From the NCBI GenBank assembly GCA_963793865.1, contig CAWCBP010000011.1:117652-181651 (forward strand): a stretch of 64,000 bases of DNA, in the 5' to 3' direction. The notes below the pieces were generated by a model. It was not told the DNA's origin. It worked only from the letters and a program-made list of their open reading frames with translations, and did not search any database. This document shows positions 51,322-61,255 of this stretch, one piece after another; within the stretch, counting starts at the first letter, position 1, and each line of letters starts with the position of its first letter. The translations under genes and the position numbers were made by a program. This DNA is from an uncultured delta proteobacterium (GTDB lineage: Bacteria > Desulfobacterota > WTBG01).

Positions 51322-51509
51322 CACAGACAAAAGCCGGCAGGGGCGCAGGACTAAACGTGTGCCGGTTTTTGCAAACGAACCCGGCAGAGGGGTGCTTTAT
51401 GAAAGCCGGGTTTAAGACCCGACGCTGAAGTGAGGGCGAGCGCGTACCCGAGCAACGTTCCGGCTTCACACGGGGAACCAACCAAGCATTGTAAACAAAG
51501 GAGGAACAC

Positions 51510-51995
51510 ATGAGCACACATTCACCGTCCCGGCACCACATAACCAGCACACTGCTTGCGGGTGCCTTTTTCGCACTGATTTCGGCATGCGGCCGGCAGC
51601 CTGCCCCGGATCTCCTTAACCAGATGAATGCACGGCTTGAACAGCTGGAGCAGAAGGTTGCGCAGTTTGAGGCAAAGGATGTCGAACTGACCGAGCTGGT
51701 GAACGTAGGCAAGGCAGACACCATGAAGCTGGAAGGAGCTCTGGCCACCCTGACCCAGCAGGTTGAAAAGATCGCTTCCCGGCCTTCAGCGCCTGCCGCC
51801 CCGAAATCTCCCCAGCTGTCAACAAGCCCCTCTCCGCGGAAGAAGCACCATACCGTCGCCCGCGGGGAAACGCTTTACAGCCTTGCCAAACGGTACGGGC
51901 TTTCGGTGGATGAACTGCGCCGGATCAATAACCTCACCCCTGATCAGCCGATCCAGGCAGGACAGTCGCTGGCGGTGGCGCCGGAAGTGCAGTAG
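51510..51995 (+). CDS. LysM-domain lipoprotein with coiled coil
   Basis: LISAC lipobox; HTVARGETLYSLAKRYGLSVDELRRINNL. Confidence 0.92.
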   Translation: MSTHSPSRHHITSTLLAGAFFALISACGRQPAPDLLNQMNARLEQLEQKVAQFEAKDVELTELVNVGKADTMKLEGALATLTQQVEKIASRPSAPAAPKSPQLSTSPSPRKKHHTVARGETLYSLAKRYGLSVDELRRINNLTPDQPIQAGQSLAVAPEVQ

Positions 51996-52107
51996 CAGCC
52001 GGCTGTTTGGTTAATGCTGATGGTAACGGGTTTTCGGCGGGAAGGGTGGGGAAGTCCCGCGGTTAAGCGGCGGGGTACCGGAATTGATGAAACGCCATCG
52101 ATGAAAG

Positions 52108-53931
52108 CTAGCCGTACTTCTCCTTCTTCCTGGTCGCGGCACGCTTCGACGCGTCCAGTTCCATTTTGCGGAGGCGGATGTTCTTGGGCGTCACTTCCGC
52201 CAGCTCATCCTCGGCGATAAAAGCTATCGACTGATCAAGGGAGAGGGCGCGCGGCGGGCGAAGGGTTATAGTGGCGTCGGATGTGGAGCTGCGCATGTTG
52301 GTGAGTTTCTTCTCCTTGGTGATGTTGACCACCAGGTCTTCAGGGCGGTTGCGCTCGCCGATGACCATGCCCGCATACACCTCCGTTCCCACCTCCACGA
52401 GCAATTCACCCCGATCAGCCATTCCGTGGCTGGCGTAGGTGGTCACTCTGCCCGGCCGGTCGGCAATCAGCGCTCCGTTGATGCGCTGCGGAATGGGGCC
52501 GGCCCACTCGGCGTAGTCCTCGAAAAGGGTATTCATCACCCCCGCACCTTTTGTTTCCGACATGAACTGGCTGCGGAAACCGATCAGCCCCCGGGAGGGA
52601 ATGATAAACTCCATGGTTATGCGCCCGTGGCCATGGTTTTGCATAAGCAGCATGATCCCTTTTCGTGCTGCCATGGCTTCGGTAATGGTGCCGACTTTTT
52701 CCTCCGGTATGTCGAGGAATACCCGCTCCCGCGGCTCCGTCATCTTCCCGTTTTCCTCCCTGGTAATGACGCGCGGCTTGGAAACCATGAATTCGTAGCC
52801 CTCGCGTCGCATGGTTTCTATGAGCACCGCCATTTGCAGCTCTCCGCGGCCGCAGACCTCGAAGGAGTCGGTGAGCGCGCTTTCTTTTACCTGGAGCGAC
52901 ACGTTGCCGAGAATCTCCTTTTGCAATCGAGACCGCAGGTGACGGGAGGTGAGATACCTGCCTTCCAGGCCGGCGAACGGCCCATTGTTTACAGAAAAGA
53001 TCATCGACACGGTGGGTTCATCGATTTGTATGCGGGGCAGCGGTGCGGGATCTTCCTCGGAAGAGATGGTGTCGCCTATGGCGACAGTCTCCAGGCCGCT
53101 GACCGCGATAATATCGCCGGACTCAACCCGTTCCACCCTTTTCTTTTCCAGTCCCTCGAAGGTATAGCAGGCTGAAAAGGTGACGCCCCGGGTAATGTTC
53201 CCCTCGCCGCACAGGCTGTAGCGCTTGCTCATTTCGATCACGCCGTTGCTGAGCCTCCCGATGGCAACCTGACCGACGTACGGGTCGTAATCAATGTTGG
53301 TCACCAGCAGCTGGGTTGTCCTGGTGTCGCTGGCTACGGGTCCCGGTATGTGGGACAGAATGGCTTCAAAAAGCGGGCGGAGGTTCTCTGATCCGTCACC
53401 CATCTCGTCGTGTGCCACGCCGGCCTTGGCATTGGTGTAGAGGATGGGAAACTCGATGTGCTCATCCCCCGCATCGAGGTCGATAAACAGGTCATAGACT
53501 TCATTGATGACCGCTTCGATGCGCGCATCGCCGCGGTCGATCTTGTTGATGACCAGGATGATGGGCAGGTTTTTCTCCAGGGTTTTTTTTACCACGAAGC
53601 GCGTCTGCGGCAGCGGCCCTTCGCTCGCGTCCACCAGCAGCAGGACGCCGTCGACCAGGTTGAGGCTGCGCTCGACCTCACCGCCGAAATCGGCATGCCC
53701 GGGCGTATCCACGATGTTAATCTTAACCTCCCGGTACCGGACGGCAGTGTTTTTGGCCATGATGGTAATGCCCCGCTCCCGCTCAAGGGCCATGGAATCC
53801 ATCACCCGCTCGGCGACCTCCTGGTTTTCCCTGAAGGTGCCGCTCTGTTTCAGCATGCCGTCAAGCAGGGTTGTCTTGCCGTGGTCTACGTGCGCGATGA
53901 TGGCGATATTGCGAAAGTTCTCTTTTCTCAT
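52108..53931 (-). CDS. typA: Translational GTPase TypA/BipA
   Basis: [54 protein letters not shown]. Confidence 0.97.
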   Translation of the reverse strand: MRKENFRNIAIIAHVDHGKTTLLDGMLKQSGTFRENQEVAERVMDSMALERERGITIMAKNTAVRYREVKINIVDTPGHADFGGEVERSLNLVDGVLLLVDASEGPLPQTRFVVKKTLEKNLPIILVINKIDRGDARIEAVINEVYDLFIDLDAGDEHIEFPILYTNAKAGVAHDEMGDGSENLRPLFEAILSHIPGPVASDTRTTQLLVTNIDYDPYVGQVAIGRLSNGVIEMSKRYSLCGEGNITRGVTFSACYTFEGLEKKRVERVESGDIIAVSGLETVAIGDTISSEEDPAPLPRIQIDEPTVSMIFSVNNGPFAGLEGRYLTSRHLRSRLQKEILGNVSLQVKESALTDSFEVCGRGELQMAVLIETMRREGYEFMVSKPRVITREENGKMTEPRERVFLDIPEEKVGTITEAMAARKGIMLLMQNHGHGRITMEFIIPSRGLIGFRSQFMSETKGAGVMNTLFEDYAEWAGPIPQRINGALIADRPGRVTTYASHGMADRGELLVEVGTEVYAGMVIGERNRPEDLVVNITKEKKLTNMRSSTSDATITLRPPRALSLDQSIAFIAEDELAEVTPKNIRLRKMELDASKRAATRKKEKYG

Positions 53932-54147
53932 GATCATCATGTCTTATGGGAAGACAGGGTATTCCTGTCCGGATGTGGATACATACAGAAAAAAGGCTCC
54001 AATGTCAATCTTAGTATGGGCAAGCATTATTTTCCTTCGCATGAAATAGGGGCATGGCTGCTTTAAAGCTTCTCCTTTACTAATAAACCGGCCTGTGCTA
54101 TAAGTGCGGAAAGTGATCGGGTCAATTTTTCCTTGCCGGGCAGGCCT

Positions 54148-54315
54148 ATGAGCGTAACTGCAATCATAATCATCGCCTTTTACTTTGCCGTCATTATTGT
54201 GCCGCTGGTGGTGGTCATACGCCAGTCGCTGAGGGAGATCTCCAGGCTGGAGCCGGAGATCCATGAAAAGGAAAGAAAAGATAAAAAAACCAAAGCGGCG
54301 TTTTGTATGGACTAG
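54148..54315 (+). CDS. Small single-TM protein
   Basis: Hydrophobic N-terminus and charged tail; lies just upstream of the decarboxylase genes. Confidence 0.4.
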   Translation: MSVTAIIIIAFYFAVIIVPLVVVIRQSLREISRLEPEIHEKERKDKKTKAAFCMD

Positions 54316-54324
54316 GAGAACGGC

Positions 54325-54456
54325 ATGGATAACATGACATTGGCATCACATTCATTGTGGCATGGGAGGGACGATCATCACCTCTGGGTAATGAGCCTTA
54401 TCATGCGTCTTCTCACCAGGATCTTTCCTCACAAGGAAGGGGAAGACGGGAATTAA
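54325..54456 (+). CDS. OadG-like Na+-decarboxylase gamma subunit (indel-damaged)
   Basis: Reconstructed MDNMT.GITFIV.GMGGTIITLWVMSLIMRLLTRIFPHKE; RBS AGGAG; directly upstream of the beta subunit. Confidence 0.5.
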   Translation: MDNMTLASHSLWHGRDDHHLWVMSLIMRLLTRIFPHKEGEDGN

Positions 54457-54483
54457 CCTGAGCTTTGGCAGCAGGGGAGGGGT

Positions 54484-55638
54484 ATGGCTATGCTGGAGGC
54501 AATAAGTAACGGATTATCTGGGCTGGCCGCGGGTACGCTTCATATGCACTGGTCCAACCCGGTGATGATCGCCGTGGGCGGCCTGTTGCTCTACCTGGCC
54601 ATCAAAAAAGACGTGGAACCGTTGCTGCTGGTCCCCATCGGATTCGGCGCCATCCTGGTCAACATCCCGCTGGCCGGTTTGATGGAAGAAGAAGGGTTTC
54701 TGCGCACCATTTACAACATGGGCGTGGCCAATGAACTTTTTCCTTTGCTGATCTTCATCGGCATCGGCGCCATGACCGATTTCGGCCCTCTGCTGGAGAA
54801 CCCCAAGATTTTCCTGCTGGGGGCCGCCGGCCAGTTCGGCATCTTTCTGACCCTGGGTCTGGCCCTTTTCTTAGGCTTTACCAAACTGGAGGCGGTGGCC
54901 ATCGGCGTCATCGGCGCCTGCGACGGCCCCACCGCCATCTATGTGACCTCCAAATTCGCCCCCCATCTGTTGGGGGCGGTTTCCGTGGCGGCCTATTCGT
55001 ATATGTCTCTGGTGCCGGTGATTCAACCGCCCATCATGCGACTGCTGACCACCGAAAAAGAGCGCAAGATCAGTCATGGACAGCGACGAGACCAAGACGG
55101 TCTCCAAGAAGGCACAAGCATCGTCTTTCCCATCGTCGATCACGATCATCGGCGGGCTGATCGCGCCCAAGGGGCTGCCGCTCTTCGGCACCATCATGCT
55201 GGGCAACCTCATGCGGAGAGTCGGGCGTGGTCAGCCGCCTCACCAAGGCCTCGGAGAATGAAATCGCCAACGTGGTAACGCTTTTTTTGGGCATCTCCAT
55301 CGGTGCCACCATGGACGGACCGGCTCTTTTTGAAGACCCCAGACCCTGCTGATCCTGGCCTTCGGTTTCCTGGCCATCTGCCTGGATACCGTGTGCGGCG
55401 TGCTCTTCGGCAAGCTGATGTACGTGTCACCGGCGGCAAGGTCAATCCCCTGATCGGCGCGGCGGGTATTTCGGCCTTTCCCATGGCCGCCCGGGTGGTG
55501 CAGCGGAAGGGCAGAAGTACAACAAGCAGAACTTTCTGCTCATGCATGCCATGGGCGCCAATGCAGGCGGTCAGAGTCGGTTCGGTCATGGCGGCGGCAG
55601 TCATGCTGTCCGTGCTGAAGGGCATGGGTATTATCTGA
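54484..55638 (+). CDS. oadB: Na+-translocating decarboxylase subunit beta (OadB/GcdB/MmdB); many frameshifts in the 3' half
   Basis: EPLLLVPIGFG, GAMTDFGPL, GAAGQFGIF, IGACDGPTAI, AAYSYM, NPLIGAAGISAFPMAARV. Confidence 0.9.
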
Positions 55639-55677
55639 TTCTTTATTATCAATCAATCTGAATAAGGAGAATGCTAG

Positions 55678-55893
55678 ATGAGCGTGACAGTGGAAGCGCC
55701 AATGCCGGGGAAGATTATTGAAATAAAGGTGAAAGCGGGCGACACGGTTAAGGAAGACGATGAACTGGCCGTTCTGGAGGCCATGAAGATGGAGAACCTC
55801 ATTTACGCCCCTGCCGGCGGCACGGTAAAGGATGTCAAGGTTGAAGCCGGCCAAAATGTAGATACGGGTCAGGTTTTGCTTACTATCGAATAG
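55678..55893 (+). CDS. Biotin carboxyl carrier protein
   Basis: APMPGKI, LEAMKMEN biotinylation motif. Confidence 0.95.
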   Translation: MSVTVEAPMPGKIIEIKVKAGDTVKEDDELAVLEAMKMENLIYAPAGGTVKDVKVEAGQNVDTGQVLLTIE

Positions 55894-56174
55894 TAGTGCG
55901 CATTATGAGAGAACGGGTCACTACCCCTTTCTCCTCATCAAATTTTTGCTGCAAGGACTTGCGGCTTAATAGGCTTGCAACCCTCTCTGCTTTGTGTTCT
56001 ATTTACACAACAAGTTACCCATTGCCAGGGAGAGGGTATGCGTGCAATAAGCGATTTTAAAAACCCCATCTTTTCTCTGTTCGACTTTTTGTTAAGAGAA
56101 GATGGGGTAATTTTTGGACGAATGCTTATCAGTTTTGCACGTAGTCTGCCGGAAGAGAATGCACAGGAGGGCAC

Positions 56175-57478
56175 ATGAAAACATTCTCCTGGATTTTATT
56201 AGTCGGGCTTGTCGCTGGCGAGATAACCGCACCGTTGGCTGAAGGAGCATACCCTGCAGATCCTACCGCAGATGTTGCATGGCTGTCATCATGCGGATAT
56301 TCGGGCGTTGCGAGCATCCAGTGTGCTTTTAACAACGCCCGTTCAGCTGAAAATGGCCAGCTGGGTGGGTCCGTTCCAGCTCTGGTGCTGCCATCGCAGA
56401 CGACGTGGAATACCATGAGCGATAAAGAAAAAGCGCTCTGGCTGACCAACCGGGAGCGTATTGACCGGGGGGCGACCCCTTGGCGGATGTAGAGACGAAC
56501 GTGACAGGTGTTGCTGAAACCTATGCAAATTACATGTTGGATAACGATTGCTGGGGACATGAATGCGATGGCCGTACCCCCTGGGAGCGGCTTGCGGACA
56601 ACCCGGACATCGGAGCCTGTCATGATTTCCTGTCTGTTGCGGAGAATCTTGCAGCCTTTCGTGCATCCGGCGGCTCCATTCCACTTCCTGTTGAGCGGTC
56701 TGTGTATGAGTGGATGTATAAGGATACCGCAAGCTCCTGGGGCCACCGGCATACCATTTTATGGTACCCCTATAACGATAACAGCGGTGCAGCGGGGATG
56801 GAAGGGTTCCTGGGAATCGGCCGGGCGAGCGGATCCTGGCAGAGTTACCCGGTTGCCGAAATTATCGTAATGAATGTATTTGATCCCTGTGCCGGCTGGG
56901 CAGATGCGGATGGCGACGGTATCCCCGATGATGAGGACAACTGCCCCATGGAGGATAACCCCGGTCAGGAAAATGGAGATGGTGACGTAACGGGGGATGC
57001 ATGTGATACCTGTACTGATACTGACAGTGACAGCTTTGGTAACCCGGGATTCCCGGTTAACACCTGCACTGCAGATAATTGCCCTTCTGTAGCCAATCCG
57101 GATCAGGCTGATAATGACGGTGACTGCATCGGGAATGCCTGTGATCCTGAGCCTGAGGTGTATGATCCGTCTGCACCCGACTCATATCCCCCGCAGGGTA
57201 ACGATATTGGAGATGCCTGTGATTGCGAGGGCAACTTTAACTGCGCGGCGGACCAGGACGTGGATGGAAGCGATGCATCGATCTTCAAGGCGGATTTCGG
57301 TCGCAATTCCATGATTGAGCCCTGCAATGCCGGAGATCCCTGCAACGGCAATTTTGATTGTGACTTTGACGTCGACGGTTCGGACGCATCCCTCTTCAAA
57401 TCTGACTTTGGCAGAAGCACATTCAGCAACCCCTGTCCCGTGTGTCCAAGCGGCATGGAGTGGTGTGTGTATCCATAG
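56175..57478 (+). CDS. Exported CAP/SCP-domain + TSP3 + dockerin-like protein; frameshift near 56480
   Basis: Signal peptide; LTNRERIDRG, WGH, AENLA, WMY...WGHRHTIL; TSP3 repeats; shared C-terminal module. Confidence 0.78.
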
Positions 57479-57719
57479 TTTTACCATGAGGAAGAGAGTA
57501 TGAAAAAATTTGCTCTGTTATTCCTGCCGTGGTGGGCATAATGGCGGATGATAAAATTAAGGCAGGCGTCAAGACAATGCTGGATGCTATGTTGCCGTTC
57601 ATCAGGCATGAGATGAACAAGCAGCCACTTTTAAGGAAGGGTCATTAGATTCTTATATGCTCAGATCTAAAAATGTACTAGCCGATGGCTGGTTTTTCTC
57701 TCAGAAATATTGATAACCG

Positions 57720-57769
57720 GTAGAAGCGGCTTTAAGCCGCGAAGGTATCGCGCATAAATGCGCTCCTAC
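57720..57769. repeat. GTAG-type REP doublet
   Basis: GTAGAAGCGGCTTTAAGCCGCGA...TCGCGCATAAATGCGCTCCTAC, 50 bp like the copy at 31474. Confidence 0.78.
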
Positions 57770-58146
57770 CGGAATTTCAAATATCTTTGGCTGGAATTTA
57801 GTCTAAGAATATAGCAGTCTAAGGCAGGAGTTCAATTCCTCGTGCCTTTTTTCTTGTATACAGATTCAGAGAGCGCAACAGAGAGTTTATTTCTATTGCC
57901 GAATTAAGAGCATTGCATGGGTGAGCTGATTTACATTTCTGCCTGGGTCACTTTCCTTGACGTGTTAATATCCTGCGCTCTCACTTATAAGATGCAAAAA
58001 AGTGGAGACTGGTCAATAAGGCAGAGAAAAATATAGAAGCCCGCGAATAAGATAAAAAAACTTTACTTTTTAATATAAATCATGTATTATATGTGAATTG
58101 TTTTTAAATATCTGATTGATATAATTAGCTTTGAGCGGAGGATTAA

Positions 58147-59106
58147 ATGCACAAAAATGGTATAGCATTCACGTCTTTTTTCTTTTTCTTGATGTTTTTA
58201 TGGCTTCCTGTGTTTGCCTGGGGGCACATTAATGTGTCACCTGAGCAGGCAAAGGCAATGATCGGTACCAATAATGAGTTGATAGTCATTGATGTAAGGG
58301 AGCCGGGTGAATATTGCGGTTTTAATGGTCATATCCCCGGGGCGCTCAATTATCCGTGGAACTCCGGTGTGCTTCAGGCGCGCTACACGGAACTGCCTGT
58401 TAACGGGGAAATACTGGCTGTCTGTGGAAGCGGTGCCCGCAGTAACTCAGCTGCAAACTTTCTTGATTCCCAGGGTTATCTCCACGTCTATGATATGTCG
58501 GGCGGGATGTCTGTCTGGACATATGATCAGGTCCGGTGCGTAGACACAGATGGTGATGGCATTAATGATGATCTGGATAATTGTTCTTCTATCCCGAATT
58601 CTAATCAGGGGGATGCGGATGGCGATGAGGCAGGTGATCTGTGTGACAACTGTCCCAATCATTATAATCGGCACCAAATTGATTGTGATAACGATGGCAC
58701 AGGAGATGTGTGTGACGCAGATACTGTAGACCAAGATGGCGATGGGGTAGATGACGGAGAAGGTGCAGGTCATGGATGTGACAACTGCCCCGCCACATCA
58801 AACAATGATCAGTCAGATTTCTACCCTCCGGCAGGTAATACCTGCGGGGATCTCTGTGAGTGTGAGGGCAACTTCGATGGTGACACGGATGTGGACGGTA
58901 GTGACGCATCCGCCTTCAAAGTTGATTTCGGCCGGAGCAAAATCTTAGACCCGTGTTCCAATGCATTACCCTGCAGCGGTGACTTTGTGTGCGATAATGA
59001 TGTAGACGGGGGTGATGCGGCATTATTCAAGGGGGATTTTGGAAGGAGCTCTTTTAAGAATCCCTGTTCCAACTGTGTAACAGCACCCTGGTGTGTGTAT
59101 CCATAG
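58147..59106 (+). CDS. Exported rhodanese + TSP3 + dockerin-like protein
   Basis: Signal peptide ending AWG; IDVREPGEY, GHIPGA, VCGSGARS; shared C-terminal module. Confidence 0.88.
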   Translation: MHKNGIAFTSFFFFLMFLWLPVFAWGHINVSPEQAKAMIGTNNELIVIDVREPGEYCGFNGHIPGALNYPWNSGVLQARYTELPVNGEILAVCGSGARSNSAANFLDSQGYLHVYDMSGGMSVWTYDQVRCVDTDGDGINDDLDNCSSIPNSNQGDADGDEAGDLCDNCPNHYNRHQIDCDNDGTGDVCDADTVDQDGDGVDDGEGAGHGCDNCPATSNNDQSDFYPPAGNTCGDLCECEGNFDGDTDVDGSDASAFKVDFGRSKILDPCSNALPCSGDFVCDNDVDGGDAALFKGDFGRSSFKNPCSNCVTAPWCVYP

Positions 59107-59175
59107 TGAGGAGATTCATAAATTATGCCTCGCGCAGTCCTTTTTTTGTTGAAGCTGCTTATCAAGGGGTATTCT

Positions 59176-60765
59176 ATGAAACGGTTATCAATAATGGCGA
59201 TTTTCCCACTGCTATTATTGCCGGCTTCTTCCTGGTCAACAGCTGTTCCCGACTCGGGGCAGACCAGGTGTTATGACAGCAGTGAGCAAATCGTCTGTCC
59301 GCAACCTGGAGCGGATTTTTATGGTCAGGATGCTCAATATGGCGCCAACCGGCAGTCCTATACCAAGCTTGATGCGAACGGCAATGAATTGCCTGATGAT
59401 GCCGCTGCCTGGGCTATGATACGGGACAATATCACCGGGTTGATCTGGGAGAATAAAACTGCTGACGGTTCAATTCATGATACAGGTACCGCCACTAACT
59501 GGAACATTGCTCAAATTTTTATTATCTCTCAGTTCAACGCACAGAAATTTGGCGGATATAACGACTGGCGATTGCCAACGGTTAAAGAGTTGAGCTCCAT
59601 TGTCGACAGAAGCATCATATTGGCCAGCCCGGCAATAAATACAGACTATTTTCCAAACACAGCCTCGTCCTCCTACTGGTCGTCTACTACCTATGCTTCC
59701 ATTCCGGAGAGTGCCTGGCTCGTATCGTTTCGCAGCGGCGGCTTGAGCTATGGGAAAAAATCATGCAGCGGCGGTCAGGTGCGGGCGGTCCGCAGCGGTC
59801 TGTGCAGGTCACCAGGCAATTACGTCGATAATGGTGACGGAACAGTCACTGATACCGTAACCGGTTTGGTCTGGCAAGCATATACCGCCTCAGGGACGTA
59901 CACCTGGCGGCAAGCACTTGCCTATGGCGAAAGTCTTCAGCTGGCAGGGTATACTGATTGGCGGCTGCCGAATATAAATGAACTTCAGTCACTGGCAGAA
60001 TATGGTCGCTACGATACCTCCATAGATACAGCTGCGTTTCCCGGCACGTTGTCGTCCTATTACTGGTCCTCTACGACCGACTCCCGTTCTGAGGAGAATG
60101 CATGGTTTGTCAGTTTCAGCAATGGCTACATGGACAGTACCACTAAGTCAGTCAGCTACTACGTGCGGGCGGTTCGCGGGGGGCAGTGCGCGTTTAATGG
60201 TGATGCGGATTGCGATAGCATTCTCAATGAAAATGACAGCTGCCCGTATTGTTACAATTCGGGACAGGAGAATGCGGACGGGGATGGATTGGGTGACGGT
60301 TGTGATAATTGCCCTGAGGCCACCAATCCGGGACAGGAGGATGCTGACGCGGATGCGATAGGTGACGCCTGCGATTCCTGCCCTCATGACCATGACAATG
60401 ATATTGATAGCGATACCATCTGCGGTAACGTTGACAGCTGTCCCACTGCTCCCAACGAAGATCAATTGGATTCTTACCCGCCGCAGGGTAACGGCATGGG
60501 TGATACCTGTGATTGTGAAGGCAATTTCAACTGCTCAGTGGATCAGGACGTTGATGGCTCTGATGCCGCAACCTTCAAGGCAGACTTTGGGCGAAATGTC
60601 CTAACGAATACGTGTACAGCGATAAGCCCCTGCGCCGGTGACTTCTCATGTGATAGAGATGTCGATGGTTCTGATGCGAGCTTATTTAAACAGGATTTCG
60701 GCCGCAGCCAGATTAAAAATCCATGCCCTGTGTGTAAGAGTGGTCCATGGTGCGTTTATCCATAG
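59176..60765 (+). CDS. Exported tandem DUF1566 (Lcl C-terminal) + TSP3 + dockerin-like protein
   Basis: PDSGQTRCY, DNITGLIWE, DWRLPTVKEL, YWSSTT and VRAVR motifs twice; shared C-terminal module. Confidence 0.88.
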   Translation: MKRLSIMAIFPLLLLPASSWSTAVPDSGQTRCYDSSEQIVCPQPGADFYGQDAQYGANRQSYTKLDANGNELPDDAAAWAMIRDNITGLIWENKTADGSIHDTGTATNWNIAQIFIISQFNAQKFGGYNDWRLPTVKELSSIVDRSIILASPAINTDYFPNTASSSYWSSTTYASIPESAWLVSFRSGGLSYGKKSCSGGQVRAVRSGLCRSPGNYVDNGDGTVTDTVTGLVWQAYTASGTYTWRQALAYGESLQLAGYTDWRLPNINELQSLAEYGRYDTSIDTAAFPGTLSSYYWSSTTDSRSEENAWFVSFSNGYMDSTTKSVSYYVRAVRGGQCAFNGDADCDSILNENDSCPYCYNSGQENADGDGLGDGCDNCPEATNPGQEDADADAIGDACDSCPHDHDNDIDSDTICGNVDSCPTAPNEDQLDSYPPQGNGMGDTCDCEGNFNCSVDQDVDGSDAATFKADFGRNVLTNTCTAISPCAGDFSCDRDVDGSDASLFKQDFGRSQIKNPCPVCKSGPWCVYP

Positions 60766-60799
60766 AGAAGTAGCTGACGTCAGTTTTATCTCTCCTGGC

Positions 60800-60836
60800 A
60801 ACACCCCTTCAGCAGCCGGCGCTGAGGGGGTGTTTT
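60800..60836 (+). terminator. Intrinsic terminator (paralogous to 63751)
   Basis: AACACCCCTTCAGC...GCTGAGGGGGTGTTTT. Confidence 0.8.
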
Positions 60837-60892
60837 ATAAAACGGTGCCGGAACAGATAAACCTCCGGCAAGAGAACCTGTTCAGCCTAATG

Positions 60893-60935
60893 CACTTTTC
60901 TCTTTGACACCATATAGCGCAAATGATATGAGAAA
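60893..60935 (+). promoter_or_regulatory. Sigma-70-like promoter, duplicated at 63897
   Basis: TTGACA-CCATATAGCGCAAATGA-TATGAG. Confidence 0.6.
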
Positions 60936-61255
60936 CTTATATTAGTGAATTAACAGAAGCCCAAAAGTTGAGCTCAACACAACAATTAATCATTTATTTA
61001 AGCTGCCTTATGCTATATCCGTCGAAAAACCCGCCAGATCTCATTTATCTCATCATGGCTTGAAAATTTTACCCCACATTTTGTCAAAGCTGATCTTTAC
61101 TTTATTAAATCGATATGCTAAATTTACATTAATTTAAAAAGCGCTATAAGATACCCGATTGCTCATCGACACTTAAGGCCTTTAGCACAGTTTCTACACA
61201 GGAGCGTAAGTTGTAATCTATATTAATATATATTTATTTTAGCGAAGAAGGAGGA

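Noticed and set aside
51420..51500. c-di-AMP (ydaO) riboswitch
   Set aside because: GCTGAA and GGGGAACCA resemble the 5' part, but the downstream conserved elements are missing before the RBS.
59176..60200. DUF1566 domains as a diversity-generating retroelement target
   Set aside because: No reverse transcriptase or template repeat is visible in the window.
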